A stretch of DNA of 64,000 nt from Camelus dromedarius (taxonomy: Eukaryota), in NCBI RefSeq assembly GCF_036321535.1, contig NC_087436.1, positions 72,356,001 through 72,420,000 on the forward strand. Direction: 5' to 3'. Position 1 is the first letter of the stretch; the number at the start of each line of letters is the position of its first letter. The notes under the pieces were generated by a model. That model saw only the letters and a list, made by a program, of their open reading frames with translations, was not told the DNA's origin and ran no database searches. This document shows, in pieces, positions 25,270 to 39,850 of the stretch. The position numbers were made by a program, and so were the translations under genes.

Positions 25270-25660
25270 ATCAGGAAAAGGTAAAAGACTTATGCAACAT
25301 GGTGAAGAGTATTTGGACAGAGTCGTAGTGCCTCGAAGAAGGATATTAGGGGGACTGGGATAAAAAGAAGTTTAAAACAGGTCATTCATGAGAATTGCCT
25401 GGAACTGGGCAAAGTTGCTGACATAGTAATTTGGATTGGTGGACAGGTGAGGTGACAATCTGGACAGGAATCTTGATAAGCAGCCTCTTACCTGATACAT
25501 GAGCACTTAGCCGAGATGAGCAGATCACTGACCCGGATAAACTGACTTACCAGAATTTCCTGAAGCAAACAATAAAGTTCCCCATTGGATGACAGTTTTA
25601 TTTTTGAAGTAAGAATTTCCTGGAACACAGAGCTAAGTCATGCTAACACAAATAGTCTTG
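25270..25660. mobile_element. Probable ERV1-class LTR
   Basis: LTR-like composition and motifs. Family not identified. Confidence 0.35.
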
Positions 25661-26544
25661 GTTCTCAGAAGAAAGCTCTAGAAACGTGGGGAACTTGTCT
25701 GGAGCCCCCAACTCCTAGTCTAGCATAAATAAGTGCAGATATATAGAGATCTGATAGTCAAAGAAAGTATTTGTTGAGTTGGATAAACATTACCTTGGCC
25801 CTGGTTATAATATTTTAAAAATAGGCATTGTTGCAGATTGGAAAATTCCCAGACGCGGGAGACAGGATATGAATTCTGGTCCTGGTTCTGCTAGTATCTC
25901 TCTGTTCCTCTGGTTACTCACCAGATTAATAAGCAAATTAGATGAGATTATTTCCAAGGTTCTTTCATTTCTAAAATACTATCTTGTTTCACATTCACAT
26001 AGGAATATTTAAGCCACCCACAAATACACACTTTTCCTCCTAAGACTTACAGACCTCAATTGTTGCTCAGAAAAAACAGCATGTTCTGGGACTGAGGCAG
26101 ATTGGGAGAGTCAGTCATTGAGAATTCCCACTTGGTGTCTACTAATAGTAATTCAGGTACAACAGAATGCCTCACCAGCCCTGGGACATTTAGGCAGGAG
26201 TGTCCAGGTTTATGATTCCAGAGGGAAAATTTTTTTCATCTTATAGCATTTCTCTAGAGCTTTGGCTTGTGCAAAAAACAAGAACAAAAACAAAAAACAA
26301 ACAGAAACATGTGGTTTTTGCTGATCAGTCCAGTGAGAACAAACTCCCAAGAATCTTCTGTGTATGAACGTCTGAATTGTAAAGTCGAGGGGAAAAATCA
26401 AGAATGAGAGAGAAAAGGACAGCTAAGAGGAAAAAAAGGTCCAGATATAGGAGCAGAGGACAGTGGGGCAGAGGATCTAGGCTATAGAAGGGGAGGGGAA
26501 AGGAGACTGTGTTCATGCAGATCTGAGAGGAATTGTATATGTGT

Positions 26545-26745
26545 GTGGTGTGTAACGTGTCAGTAAAGCAGCTTTCAAAAAAAAAAAAAGCCCAGATTTA
26601 TAGCATTTGCTGATTTCCATGGTGTAAGCACCCCGTCATGGCCAAATTTATGCTTCCAAAAGTTAATAGCTGCCTAACAGAATTAATAACTTTACACTCA
26701 GTTCTTGCAGTGGGATGAGCTGGCTTGAGACCAGCAATGACAGTA
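26545..26745 (-). mobile_element. MER63-like hAT MITE
   Basis: aagcccagatttatagcatttgctgatttccatggtgtaa matches the antisense MER63 core as I recall it. Confidence 0.55.
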
Positions 26746-29700
26746 AGCAACAACAGGAAACCCTCCCTGACCAAGGGTGAGCTCCTACGGTTCCCCTGGG
26801 ATGATTGCTCTGCAATTACAGAAGATTTACTTCTTCTGCATTTCTCTTTTAATAAAACTATGACTATGTTCCACTCTAGGCTGTCAGAGTGCATATCCTG
26901 TTCCCCAAGAGGAGTTTTTTGAGTAGGGTCTTGAATAAAGTGAAGTGGTTTTACCCCTCAAAGGACAGGCATCTCTGTTCCCCGGTTTAGACGACAGTTA
27001 CTATTCCTTGAGTGAACTCTGGCCACTTTGAAATGGGAGGAGGAGTGGGAGAAAGGTATAGAGTATCAGGGAAACTGCCCTGAGTTCTCACCCTGACCCC
27101 GGGGCCTCTCTCACTCCCCCACTGCACGTAAGGCCTTAGCCTTTCTGTGAAATAAACACTCCTTGACCCTAGCCTGGAGGAAAACTGGAAGGGCTAGACT
27201 CTGAAATAAGCTAATTATCATCCATAGTCTAAGAAAGCCAAAGAAAACCAGGGAAACATTTGGCACAAAGAAGTTGTCTTCGAGAAATTATTTTCCATGT
27301 TACATTTGCATAAATTTGTCATGGGCCAGACATTTCAACAGAAAGAGGGGAACAACATGATCTCGAGTCTGTGGGCAGCCTGTTGTCTTCCCCGCCAAGG
27401 TCAGACTGTTCCTCCTCTTGTTTCATTTTTGCTCCTCTTGGTGGACGCGAGGCTGGCCAGTCTGAGGCTGCAGGCTAAGCCCTGCTGATTTTTTCCCCCA
27501 TAACATTGTATGCTCAAAGTAATGCATATTGTGCAGCACTATTCATTTTGCTGATATTTTGGTTTGTTGAGCCAGTAGCCCAAGAAGCATGTCCTGTGGC
27601 AATGCCAGTCAACGAGAAGCTAGCAGTAGCCAAAGGTTAGGTACCAAAGATGTACTTGGCAAGACGACTGACCCCATATCCTTGCTCTAAGATCTGGATT
27701 CCTCTCTACTTAATAGAGTGACGTGGTTCCTATAAACTGAACACGACAAGGCTCAGTTGTCAGGGAGCAAATCCCAAGACACATGATGACCAGGTCAGCC
27801 TTTTGCCTTAACTGTGGCAGTCTCACACCAGGAAATGACAATTACTTTCCTGCTGTTAATTCATGTGCAATTTGATGCCTCTTGAGTAATAAGTAGAAGT
27901 TGAGAAATAAACTTCCTTCCTGCTGTTGAAATTTCTACACCTAGAGAGCTCCGATAAATGGAACTAACTAGTGTTTTTTTATTTAATTATGAAAGAGATT
28001 TGCTTAAAATCAGACCAAATTAACTTAGAGCAAGTGTGTAAAGTTAGGTTATTAAACCACTGAAAACTAGGTCTGTCTCCCACTGAAGAAGTTTTCAAGG
28101 ATACTCTGAGGAACCACTGAAGGCACGATGATAATTCTTTGCTTTTCCTAATAATGCTGTGTTGTATTATGTTATCAAGAATTGATTATAGTGAAAATAA
28201 CATTTATTAATTGGCCAAGAAAGTATTCTTGAAAGAAAAACACGCATTACATCCCTTAATATAACCTTCCCATCTGAGGTCTTAACCATTAAAACTTATT
28301 ACCTGTACTCCATTTCTCTTTCTTCTCAAGAATGTCCTATTTCAAGCCATTATGGACTGTTGCATTCCAAGCATTATAAAATGAACTCTGTGTGTAGATA
28401 AAAATATTAGATAAATAATTCTTGTTTCCAAAAAGCAGTAAGTCCCAAAGGGGTATCAAATTGAGCACAAATTAAAATACATTATTATATTACTCAACTT
28501 TTTTCCCCCAAAATTCATTTCCTCAGTCATCTTTTCTAGGATACCTTTCCAGGAATCCTTCCCCAAATGCATTTCCCCAATATCAATGCACTCAGGCCCA
28601 TATCTAATGTGGGTGATGTCTTGAAGGAAGGTTCAGAGAGAGGCCCATATTCTCCTGCCTAAATATTTGAAACTTTCTAAACAAGCTAACAAAATGTTAA
28701 ATAAAATAGTTCTGTCTTCCTACCTTGACAAATGTATATCAAAGCATGTTAAAAAAATACAGAAAGCTTATGGATTTTATATGATGAGAGTAAATAGAAT
28801 AGCAAAGATAGCTGAATTTAATTATTCCACGTATCTGGGTGTTCTGTGATTGTCCAGGCCATGTTTGGATGCATACAAAATAAAGATGTACATGATCCAT
28901 GAGTTATACTGTATTAGTGGTATAAAATTTAGTTTTCTTGTCTACATTTCAGCAAAATTAATTCTTAAGTTTTTGTAATTAAAATTTTCACATAATTTGT
29001 GTTCTACAGACAGTCATGCCAAAGTAGATGTGACTTGAATTATTAATCCTTAGATAGTTTTATTATTCATTTTAATTAGAGATTTCACTTTGCTAATGCA
29101 GTGACTTGAATTGTCAATAAGATTTCTGAAGCATTAATTAGATTAAAAAATGAACCATGAATTTTACATCATGTTCACACATTATAATGGGTTGCTTATG
29201 ATAAATTATCTAGACAATCACTGATCTTCCACAATAAATGAGAAAATACACAGTGGACAGATTCCTTCAGGTCATGTTTATTGAGAAGATAGGAAAATTA
29301 TTGGTCACAAGAGTATGATCTTTTGAGTTCCCCCAAGCTTCTTAGCCCAAGTACCCCTGTGAAAATTCTGTTTTTTAAAACACATCTCCAGCTCTTCATA
29401 GGCATTCCAGGGCAGAAGAGAATGGAAGGGAGTCCAACCACCACATTTATCATTCCTTAGCCTCCCCAATTTGTTACCCTGGAACAGCTCAGCCCTGGGA
29501 CTGTACTATGTCAGTCAAGAGAGTGGGTATTTAGGGTTAAGGATTTTTAGGATGTTAAAGGTCATTCAGTGCCCACACTGGGCTCTGGTTCCTTATGTGG
29601 TAGAGGTTCCCGTATGTTCTCTGGTACATTTACTTTTTATATGTTGCTGATAGGGTAGCCTTCTGAAAATTTGGTTACAGTCAAAGGTCCCCTTTTTCCC

Positions 29701-31479
29701 GAGCCTGAGGGCAGTACTGGACCCCATGTGGAATCTTCCATAACATGATACACTTTATTCCCCCCTCTATTTGTCTATTCTCTTTTAGAATTTAAACTCT
29801 GTAAGAACAGTGACAGTATTTTGCTCCTATTTTTATCCTTAGCTCATATATATAATATCTGGCATAAATATTATATTATTATTGCCTGCTGACATCCTTC
29901 TTTGCTCAGCCAAACTGTGGCTCTTGTGAACTAAGGGGTATATATTTTGATTTCTGGATCTCAGTGACTCACCTAATCTTGAAAACATAGGCATGGCTTA
30001 ATAAATGAATCCATCATTTAATGTATGTAACCTCAGAACTCTACCCCCACTGTGGAAAGGAAGAGACAGTTTAGTCCATGTCCCACATTATCTTGATGTT
30101 AGTTTGGTAAACATCCAAAAGAAGCAAGAAGAAAACACAGAACAAGAATGGCAATAGAACACAGAAGTGGCTCCTGTCTCCATTCTACCATTTGGCTACT
30201 CTTAATTTTACTTTCTGTTTCAAAGTCTCCATTCATGAATCTTGGACCACCAGTTGCTCTAAAGACCAATTCAAAGCTGATGAAAGAACTTCATATCCCT
30301 TGGACTTGCTTCTCTTTTCTTTCTCTTAAAGATCTTTCATTTTTTTTATTCCCTTTTTCTCACAACTCTCTGCATCTCCCTTTCTTTTTGAACTCATGAT
30401 CAGCCCTTCATCTTCACTTAGTTCTCTGTTGAATACCACAGAGATGGAAGAGTAGGAAGGAAAAAGGGACTGTCACAGTTCAACACACTGCCAAGATTAA
30501 CAATTTTGCTTTTTCTCTCAGCTCTCTCCTTCCAAGGAGGTAACAAGAATATGAAAGAAAGGCTGGATTCTGTACTTAGAAGACTGGTGAGCACTGGTAT
30601 TATCAACCATAGCAACAATTTCTGTGCTACAGAATGGAAAAAGTTGCACAGTGCTGCAATTCAAATGACCATGCCAATGTTTATCCTTTTATAGAAAACA
30701 AGTTTAAACCAAAGTCCAAAGGGATGTTCCTGGATGCTTCGCTCTGCATAAATCACTTGGGACCTTTGCACTACCAAGGAGTGTGATCAGGGAACCACAG
30801 TAATGACTGAGATTGAATAATTTTCTTTTTCGTGGGATAGGATTAAATTTTAATCTGTTTTAAAGAACTAAAGAAATTTAAATTTTCCTGTGCACTCAAG
30901 TTTATGGAGCAAAATTCAGAGTCACCACTCAATGCTTGAAGATTCAAGAAAGTAATTTGGAGGACAGTAGGGTTTGAACTTTTATAAGGGCAAGTTGAAA
31001 GCTCAGAATTTAAAATAACCACCACTGGCTTTGCTTTTGTTTTAACTGTAATTATTATAAGGCACACAACTGAGCTAACTGCTTCTTATCTCATAAAGCT
31101 TTGTCTATTTTCCATCTATGTTTGTAATGGATATTTATGTAAGATAGAGGGGAAAATGGCTGTAAAGATGTGACAAAAAAGATTATATCCTGGATAAATG
31201 TATTATTCAGAAAGTCCTTTGTAATATAAAAATTTTCAGTTTGTCTAGTGACTAGTAATGTATAATTATATTGAATTTTTAAAAATTCTATTACAAAAAC
31301 AGAATATCATCATATATGTTGTCCTAGGCAATTGAAAATTGTCCTAATTCAAAGCACATATCAGGCTCAAAGGTAGAGTCTTCAGAAAGGTATTACCTCA
31401 GCGGCGGGGTCAAATTAATCCTTATCTAAGGGGTTTTTTGAACCCACACTAAGATATTTTAAAATCTAGCCTTCAAAGT

Positions 31480-33360
31480 CAAATTGACCCCAAGTTACCT
31501 AGCTGCATCCCAGAACAAAGTGAAAAAATACTTAAAGTAATATGAAATATATAATTATATTTATAACAAACAAAAAATTCACAACATTTGACATCCAATC
31601 AAAAATTACGAACCATACAAAGAAGCAAAAAAGTATCACTATTTCTAGGAGGAGAAAAACAGAAAACCAGGAATGGCCAGTAATAGATTAGTAGACAAGG
31701 ATGTTAAAACAGTTATTATTAATATAATCCATAGATTCAAAAACTGGTTGAAAGGAAGAACACGATGAGGAGAGAAATGGAAGGAATAAAAACCACCCAA
31801 GTGAAAAATTTAGAGGGTAAAAATGCAATAACTGAAATAAAAAATACACTGGCTGAATTCCCAGCAGATTAGACATTGCAGAAGAAAAATTTAGTGAACT
31901 TGAAGACACAGTGATAGAAAGTATTGAAAATGAATCACAGAAAGAGAAGATTTTTAAAATGAAGAGATCATCAGTGAACCAGGGGACAATATCACACAGC
32001 CTAACACACATAGAATTGGAGTCTCAGAAAGTGGTGGGGTGAAGGGGAGCCAGAAAAAAATTTGAAGAAATAGTAGCCAAAATTTTTCCAAATCTGATGA
32101 AAATTATATCCAGGAAGCTCAATAATCCTCAAGCAGTAAAAACACAGATAAAATAAAACTAAGACACATTATAATCAAAGTGCACGCATACACATCAGTG
32201 ACAAAAAGTAAATTTTAAAGCAGCCAGAGTTAAAAACCCATACTCTGAACAGAAGAACAAAGATGAGAAAGAGAGCAGACTGCTCATCACATCAGAAACC
32301 ATGCATCCCAGGAGACAATGAAATAGCATCTTTAAAATTCTGAAAAGTGCTGATTAACCTGGAATTCTAAACTAAAAAAAAAAAAAAAAAACAACTTTTC
32401 AAAATGATGAAATAAAGATTTTTTTCAGACATACAAAAGATGAGAAGAATTTATTACCAGCAGACCAACAATGTTAAAAGAAGTCTTCCAGGCAGAAGTA
32501 AAATAATACCAGATAGAAACTTGGATACAAAGAAAGAAGAGCATCTGGAATAGGAAATACGGACATGAATATAAAAGATATTTATATTATTTAAAAGTCT
32601 GCCAAAAATTGACTATTTAAGGCAAAAATAGCAACAATGTATTGTGAAGTTTATAACATATGAAGAAGTAAAATGTGTGACAATAGCAAAGAGTCAGGGA
32701 GAGGGAAAAGGAAGTATACTGCTGTAAGATTATTACACTGTCTGTGAAGGCACCTTATGTTAAGGTAGACACTGATAAACCCCAGAGAAATTCTTTAAAG
32801 GGGATAACTAATAAGGTAATACTGGTAATACTATTAAATGAAATGTTAAAATAAAATAGTAATTAATTTAAAAGATGGCAAGCAGAAAAAGAAGCAGAAT
32901 TATCAGGGTGTATGAGACAAACAGGAGATAAAATAGAATAATGGTAAATATAAACCCAATCCTCCAGAGAATCATATTAAATGTAAATGAGATAAATGCT
33001 CCAATGAAAGGTCATGACTATCAGTCTATAGAAAAACAAAATTTAAACATATGTTAATACAATAACTTATTTTAAATATAAAGATCTGGATAGTTTAAAA
33101 GTAAGAGAATTTAAAAAGATTTACCGTATTAACATTAATCAAAGTGAAACTGGATGTCTATAATATATGCAGATTTCAGAACAAGAACTATTGCTGGTAG
33201 TAAAGAGTCATTTCACAATGATAAATGCTCAATTATTCAAGGCAACGTAGAAATCTTAAATGTGTATGATGGTGGTAAGAACTAGTTTTGTCAAAAGTCA
33301 TCAAATTTTACACCTAAAATTGTTCAGTTTCTTTTTACATAAACAAAATCCTAATAATGC
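31480..33360 (+). mobile_element. Ancient L1 fragment (ORF1 region to start of the ORF2 endonuclease)
   Basis: agcagattagacattgcagaagaaaaatttagtgaacttgaagac, atccaggaagctcaa, ttaaatgtaaatg...aaatgctccaat. A-rich, with many stops. Confidence 0.8.
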
Positions 33361-34484
33361 TGACCAAAACATCCACACAGTCCATTGATCATAGTGCCTT
33401 TCACATGCAGTGTTGCATCTTTCTGTGTCCTTTTGAAAAGCTAAGTAAACTTGATGCTGGTGAAGCCTATTGAGTGCCATCAGTCTGATGTTCATTCTAA
33501 GCATCAGACCATCACTGCTGATTAGGCAATGAGTATTGCAGTCATCAACTCCTACAGTGCTCCCCATATAAATGTCAGATATTTATCTATTCTCTAACTA
33601 CCCCCAGGATAGGCCCACATCATTCATTTCAACATATATTCTATGACAGGCATCGTGTTCTGTGCCAGAAATTGTGCTATAGACTGGGATCCAAAAATGA
33701 GTCTCCACCCTCGCTCACAGGCTAAGATAATTCCAATCTAACATGACAAATATTTGTATAGATTAAATAAAATGCCATAAGAAGAGGAAGAGGAGACTAG
33801 GTAGCTGGAAAAACATAATCATAAGTGTCACCATCTCACAAGGGCTTGATAGATGCCAAGGATAATTATTCCCATTTAACAATTGAGGAAGCAATCTGAA
33901 AAGCCTTAAAGAACTTGCTCAAGGTCATACATTAAAGGCAGAGAAATTTGGCTGATTCCCAACCCCTTGATCTTTCTACCATATCATGCTACTACGTAAA
34001 GGGAAATGACATGTAAGTAATTGCTTCCTGCAGGGACCAACAGATGAGCTTGATCTTGAAGGAAGAGTTGGTTATGGGAAGAATGAAACTGCAAAAAAAA
34101 AAAAAAAAGAAGAAGTGGGTGCAAACACCCTAAAGTCTGAATGAGTATTGCATGTTAGAGAAGAGTTTATCATTCTGTAAATGTGGAGTACACGTAAGGG
34201 GTGATGCAGAGATACACTGGTATGAGAGTAGATAATCATTTCTCAAAGAGCTTTGCCCCCTTTTTGAATTTACCCCTCATATTTCACCTTCATTGCTGCA
34301 AGAATTATCCTGCTAAAATACAATTACAATGATGTCATTCATCTATGTACAAACATTCAAGGCTTCTCTTTTGCTTTCAGTCCAAATTTCTTAGCAGGCA
34401 TAGCACATGTGACTTATTTTCCTAATCTTTAAAATGTGTGTATTTTGAATATCTATTTCCTCAGTTACTATGAGGAGATTTTAT

Positions 34485-34511
34485 ACACACACGCACACAC
34501 ACACACACACA
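34485..34511. repeat. (CA)n microsatellite, interrupted
   Basis: Read directly. Confidence 0.85.
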
Positions 34512-37500
34512 GTCTCAGCCTTGTTTTATATAATATTAAATGGTATATTTTTACTAATTGTTACTGATTATTAATAATTATTATTATTATTGATATTCTT
34601 TCTGCTGTCATAGTATGGTGGGTTGAATCAGACACTTAGCAAAGATCATGTGGTGAAAAAAAGAGTGTTGAAATTGAAATACAAGTACTTCAATTGATTT
34701 TCTGAAGAATGAACACATCAGAAAGTGGGGTGCAGGTGGTAAGATCTTATGGTTTTGCTTTTTTCTTTATGTCCCTTTTGATGTCTGCCACAAACAATGT
34801 CCTTAGCTGGATATAATAATTAGCAAATATGACCTAACAGGCCAAAGAAGCAAAACAAACTTTGCTCCATGTTAACCTTTATTTTAGATTAACTCTGATG
34901 AGAACATTGTGAAGCTGTCACCCTTATCTGCAGAAGCATCAGAAGCTGGCGTTCCTGGCAGGAACGGCACAGGTTGTACAATAATTTACTGTAGCTCTCT
35001 GTTGTGCAAACTCTCAGGGAGTGATGAAATTAAAGTGGCATTATTTCAATGTTTTTTTTTTTAATGCATTGTCTTCTAGAGGAGCTTAAGAGGTGAAATG
35101 CACTCAGTAGACTTAAGATTTACATGGTGTCTGTCTTTCCCAATCTTTCTTTTCTTGTCCAGAGAAAGACTGGCTTTGAGCCAATGGGCTTCTGAATGAG
35201 ACTGTCTTGAATTCGAACTTTAACTCTACCTTTAAGATCTCTACCTTAGTTTTCTTATCTATAAAAATGAGAATAATGATATCAATTTCATAGCATTCTT
35301 GAAATTATTAAAATGATATTATGAAAAGCTCATCTGCATTGCATCTCACCCAGAACTGGGACGTAACAAATACTACTCTCCTCCCTTCCTTTGGTTCTTT
35401 ACCAAACAGCAGTGGGCACAGCCCCTGAGCTAACAAGGAACCTGCTAAGGACACCACAGAGAAGCAAGAATTTTTCTTCGGCAGAATCACAACACGAAAC
35501 TGGGATGTTACAGTCAATAAAGAAAAAGTTTAGCACAATGAAAATAAACTGCATTTCCCAAAAATCAAATTAAAAAGTCAGTAAAGCCTGTCAACCACCA
35601 TGTTTATAAGACTCTAAAGTATATCTGGTAATTGAGAAGCTATTTTAACTTTCTCCTTAGTGAAAAAAAGTAAAAAGAAATAAGCAGATTATGTAACCAT
35701 ATCAATTATTTATTTCTTCACTGTGTCAGATACAACAAAGGGATTGTACTAATGTCCAGTTTTGTATGGTGAGCAGCAGAACTTGAAAGCGAATGGTGGT
35801 CACCAAGCATAAACAGAGTTAGGACTATTAAGTCTTAATTATTAACAGTGTTGGCTAATGTGTCTTCTATGCTGTAATTCCAAAGCACCGTATCCAACCT
35901 CCATTAGATCTTACTCTGAAATCTATTGTAATTATTTCTTTGTCCTTCCGATCTGTTTCTCTGCAAGAGAAAACTTTATCCCTCCTAGTATATCTTCATT
36001 CCAAGAAAATGTCAACCACAGTAGATGCTAAAAAATGGTTAATGTTTTCGGTGGGTTGCTAGGATAAGCAACTCAACTAACAATTAATTAAGAAAAGTAA
36101 CGCCAATAATTACCTAATTACTGCCTCATACAATAATTTACAGGTACAATAATCTCCCACCATTTCACTACCATCAGCAGTGTTTCAGTTAGAAGTAAGT
36201 ATGTCTGAGAACTTCAGGGTTGTGCCAGCATTTCCCCTCATCTGTCCATTTGTACCCTTCAACCACAATCACACAATATCATATAATGTGCTCAGAAAGT
36301 AATATTTCTTTGTATACATACATATTTAAGGCAGAGTGTATCATATGTGTTACATAACCAAGCCATCCTCCCTCCCTTTTCCTCCAGCTTCCTCCCATTT
36401 GTCCCACCTGAAACTCACGGTTCTTTAACCTCCTCTATTTCAGAACCTTCAAATGACACACTAGCTCAGTCACCCACAGGTAGAACCTCACCTTGACATC
36501 ATTATCCTCAGAACAGTGCCACAAGATTACAGACACTGAAAGGCCCTTCCAAGACTAGAGTTTTTTGTCCTAACTCTTCTCCTCTCAAACTTACACTGAA
36601 TATGCTCAACATCCCATGGGGACCTGAAACCCCATCAAAGAGCCTCCCCTACCACCATTTTTTCAGTTCATCACACCTTATCCAGGTTCATGCACCTTCC
36701 AGCTAAGCATAGAAGTCATTTCTGCAAATTACCGTCTTCATAGTTCACACCAGGTTAATCCCACGTTCTTGCTCGCTCTCACTGTCTTTCTCTGTTTTTG
36801 TCCTTGAGCTACAAAATATTGCTGAAGAAATGAAGTCATGTGAATTGGTATCAGGTCATTTCAATGCTTTCTAGTCATAGGTGTCCTTTTCCTGATAATT
36901 TACAGTCCTTTTGTTCATTAAGATAAACTACCTTCGGACTTTCAGAAACTGTTGTCCCAAACCCTCGCCCCTTCCCTCAAACATCCAGCCCTGACGACTC
37001 AGTACATGTTCTGTCCTCTTACTTTACTGTGATGATCCCTAAACTCACTTCCTTTTATCCCCAAAATCCCTCTGGGCCTTCTCTGTTTTCTCCTTATACT
37101 TCCTTCATATTGAGGAATAATTACCTCACTCTTACCCCATGTACTAAATACACGCAGTCAATAAAACTGATTACTTAACCTCAACTGTAGAAGGAAAAAT
37201 TCATGCATGACCTATTTCCTTTTACTTTTAAAAGCTATTCTTTAAGTATTGTATTGTTTTATTATTTTTTCTTTATTTCACAATATTTTACATACAGCAT
37301 TTACTTTCAAGCACATTTTACGAATGTGAACTTACCTGATTTTCTTAATAATCCTATGAAGACCATTTTCAAGACCTAAAAGAAGTAAAATTGTTCCTGT
37401 TTGCTGTTAGCTAGTGGGATGCAGATTGGACAAAAAATGAAGCAGTTAAATGAGAAAAGCTGTAAGGAGAATCACGTGGTACAGGAAAAACAGAGAGTAA

Positions 37501-38599
37501 GTTCTATTTCTAATTTTCTATTTCTCAATTCCAGCCCCAAGTAATAGCTGTGGCTATTTCCTGCCCTCGACATCTATTGACTTCCTTCCTGGCCTTCTGT
37601 AAGTGCCAAATAAATGCTAAATATCACCTCCATGCCCTCACGCAGAGCTTTTATTTTGCTCATGTTAGTCTGATGACATTTCAATTACTTGCGACAAACG
37701 CTCTGTGTGTCTCTATTTTAAAAATGCATGTACCGATGGACAGAGTCAAGAAGAGTGAAAACAAAACTAGAAGTATGTCTGATAAATAAATACGTGGAGG
37801 TGTAGTAAAAAAAAGATGGACAACATTCAAAAATCAAGTTTTTGATTCTTTATTCATAAATCTTCTTGTCAAAACCCACATTGTAACACCATGTGTGTGA
37901 TATTTTTATTTGTAGTTAGTACACTCATATATTGACTTCCTAAATTTTGCTTTCATAAGCCAAAGTCATCATGATGTTTTTATTCTCCAGAAACATCCTC
38001 TTATAACAAAAAGGATGTATTTCCATGGAGAAGTTTCTCCTTTCCCTGTGTTGACTTCCCTTTTTTAAACTTGTCATACCACTATTTCTTCGTGTTACAT
38101 TATATGATCATGATAACATTTACTTAATCAGGACTATTTCCTAAACATTTAGGAAACAATTTTGAGAAAATAGAGATGAAAACCTAATATGGAGCAATTT
38201 TTAAAAATCCTTTAAAAACCGCCCAAAGCCAATATTTTGGAATAATACTTAGTATAACTTGAAATGATTTAAATCACTGCAAATTGCTTAAATAATCCAA
38301 ATCTTCACTATAAATACAGTAACAACAGAAGTTGGAGGGGAATATATTGGATAGATATTAAAGAACATCAAGTTAAGAGTTTATCCAATTTTGCATCTCA
38401 TAAATTCTGTCCTAGCCCTTTATACATAGTGAGTGGTTAGTAAAGGTCTATTGAATTGAGATCCACTATCTCTTCATTTTCTGTTCTATCCTGGGCCTTT
38501 TATTTACTGACCTCCCCACACACCAGTTAGTAGTGAATTTGTCCACATAGGTCATGGAAACACCTTGAGATGCATTTAAGAGCATTCCAGTGAAGGTAA

Positions 38600-39085
38600 C
38601 ATCTGAACTGGTTTCTGACCAACAGCCTTCAGTGACTAGGTCCTGCCTCCCTCTCCCAGCTCCATCTCTCCCTTCTCTCTACCTCTAAGCTCCAGATATG
38701 TGAATTGCTGGTTGCTTCCAGTAGATGCTCATTCCAGCCTTGATGCCTTTGTTGATTCAGTCATCTTCTGGAGGGTTTCCCCCATCCTTTGATCTCCCAG
38801 TTCACCTGGAAAAATCTCATCCGTCTTTTAGGATTCAACTCAAGAGTTACCTTCCCCCCAGAGAAACTTTCCTGAAGTTCTTCTCTGAGAGTTTGGCCCA
38901 CCCCTTGAGAAACAAGCCTAGGAATCCCACTTCTGTGCTCCTATCATATCCTGGGCTTACGCTTCATGGGATTTATCCACCTGCTTTATAATTTCCTGTA
39001 AGTGTCTGCTTCTCCTGTTAGACTGAAAGTTTGGTGGTAGTGGAAAGCATCTCATACGTTTTTTGTGTCCTTTGAACCTAACGTG
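38600..39085 (-). mobile_element. L2 fragment, paralogous to about 47930-48350
   Basis: Degenerate L2 3' motifs (ttcaactcaagagttacc, ttagactgaaagttt). Confidence 0.5.
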
Positions 39086-39201
39086 ATTCTAACTCATAAA
39101 CTCTAATCTAAAAATAAATAGATGGAGAAAAAAAGGGAAGGAAAGATTTAAATAGTAAAGAAATTGATCTGTTGGAAAGATAACTTTAGAAGCAATATGA
39201 A

Positions 39202-39289
39202 GCATTATGCTGTACAGAAATTGACACATTGTAAACTGACTATATTTCAATAAATATATATATATATATATATATGCATACACACAAAA
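39202..39289 (+). mobile_element. Very short L1 3'-end insertion with (TA)n tail
   Basis: ttatgctgtacagaaattgacacattgtaaactgactata, flanked by a perfect 14-bp TSD agaagcaatatgaa (39188-39201 and 39290-39303). Confidence 0.8.
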
Positions 39290-39314
39290 AGAAGCAATAT
39301 GAAAGATGAAAGGT

Positions 39315-39850
39315 ATTTTTCAGGACTCTTTTCCTGTGAGTGATGGAATCACAACTCAAACTGACTTAATAAGAGAAGAGGCTTTATTGCTATATAACAA
39401 TAAAAGTCAATGGGTTAGGTAGAACAAAGGTAGACACAGGTGCTCAAACAACATTACCAAAAATCTTGTCTGCGCTTTCCTCTGTAACAGTCCACTCTTG
39501 GATAGGCTCCCCCAAATGGTGGCAAGACTCCAGGTTTTCATCTTTGCACTTAGCAATCCCAGCGAGAAGCAAGAGCCTGCTGCACAACTGGCATTGTCTC
39601 ATCGGCCAATCTTAACTCTTTGGCTCCACTGTGAACCCACATTGGCCTGGGCAAGGGCACAGGTGGGAAGGAGGGAGAAACACCACCGTAGGGTCACAAA
39701 CTCCTTGTCTTGAGCTCAGAATTGAAATCATCTCACCTTAATCACACGGATTGATAAGGGCAGGGGTGAGGATTTCCAAAGGAAAACCAGAGTTCTGTTT
39801 TAAGAAGGAGGAAGAGAAGGGTGGGTGGCAGACAAAACAGCAGATGTAAC
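39315..39850 (-). mobile_element. Old MaLR LTR (MLT1J/K-like), paralogous copy 1
   Basis: tcaggactctttt..gtgagtgatggaa..caactcaaactgactta and ...ttccaaaggaaaaccagag. Confidence 0.6.

Noticed and set aside
30148..30694. ORFs with hydrophobic, signal-like stretches and a possible 65-nt exon
   Set aside because: No chemokine or other recognisable motif. Hydrophobicity is explained by T-rich sequence.
31688..32011. 107-aa minus-strand ORF
   Set aside because: Antisense of a degenerate L1 ORF1.
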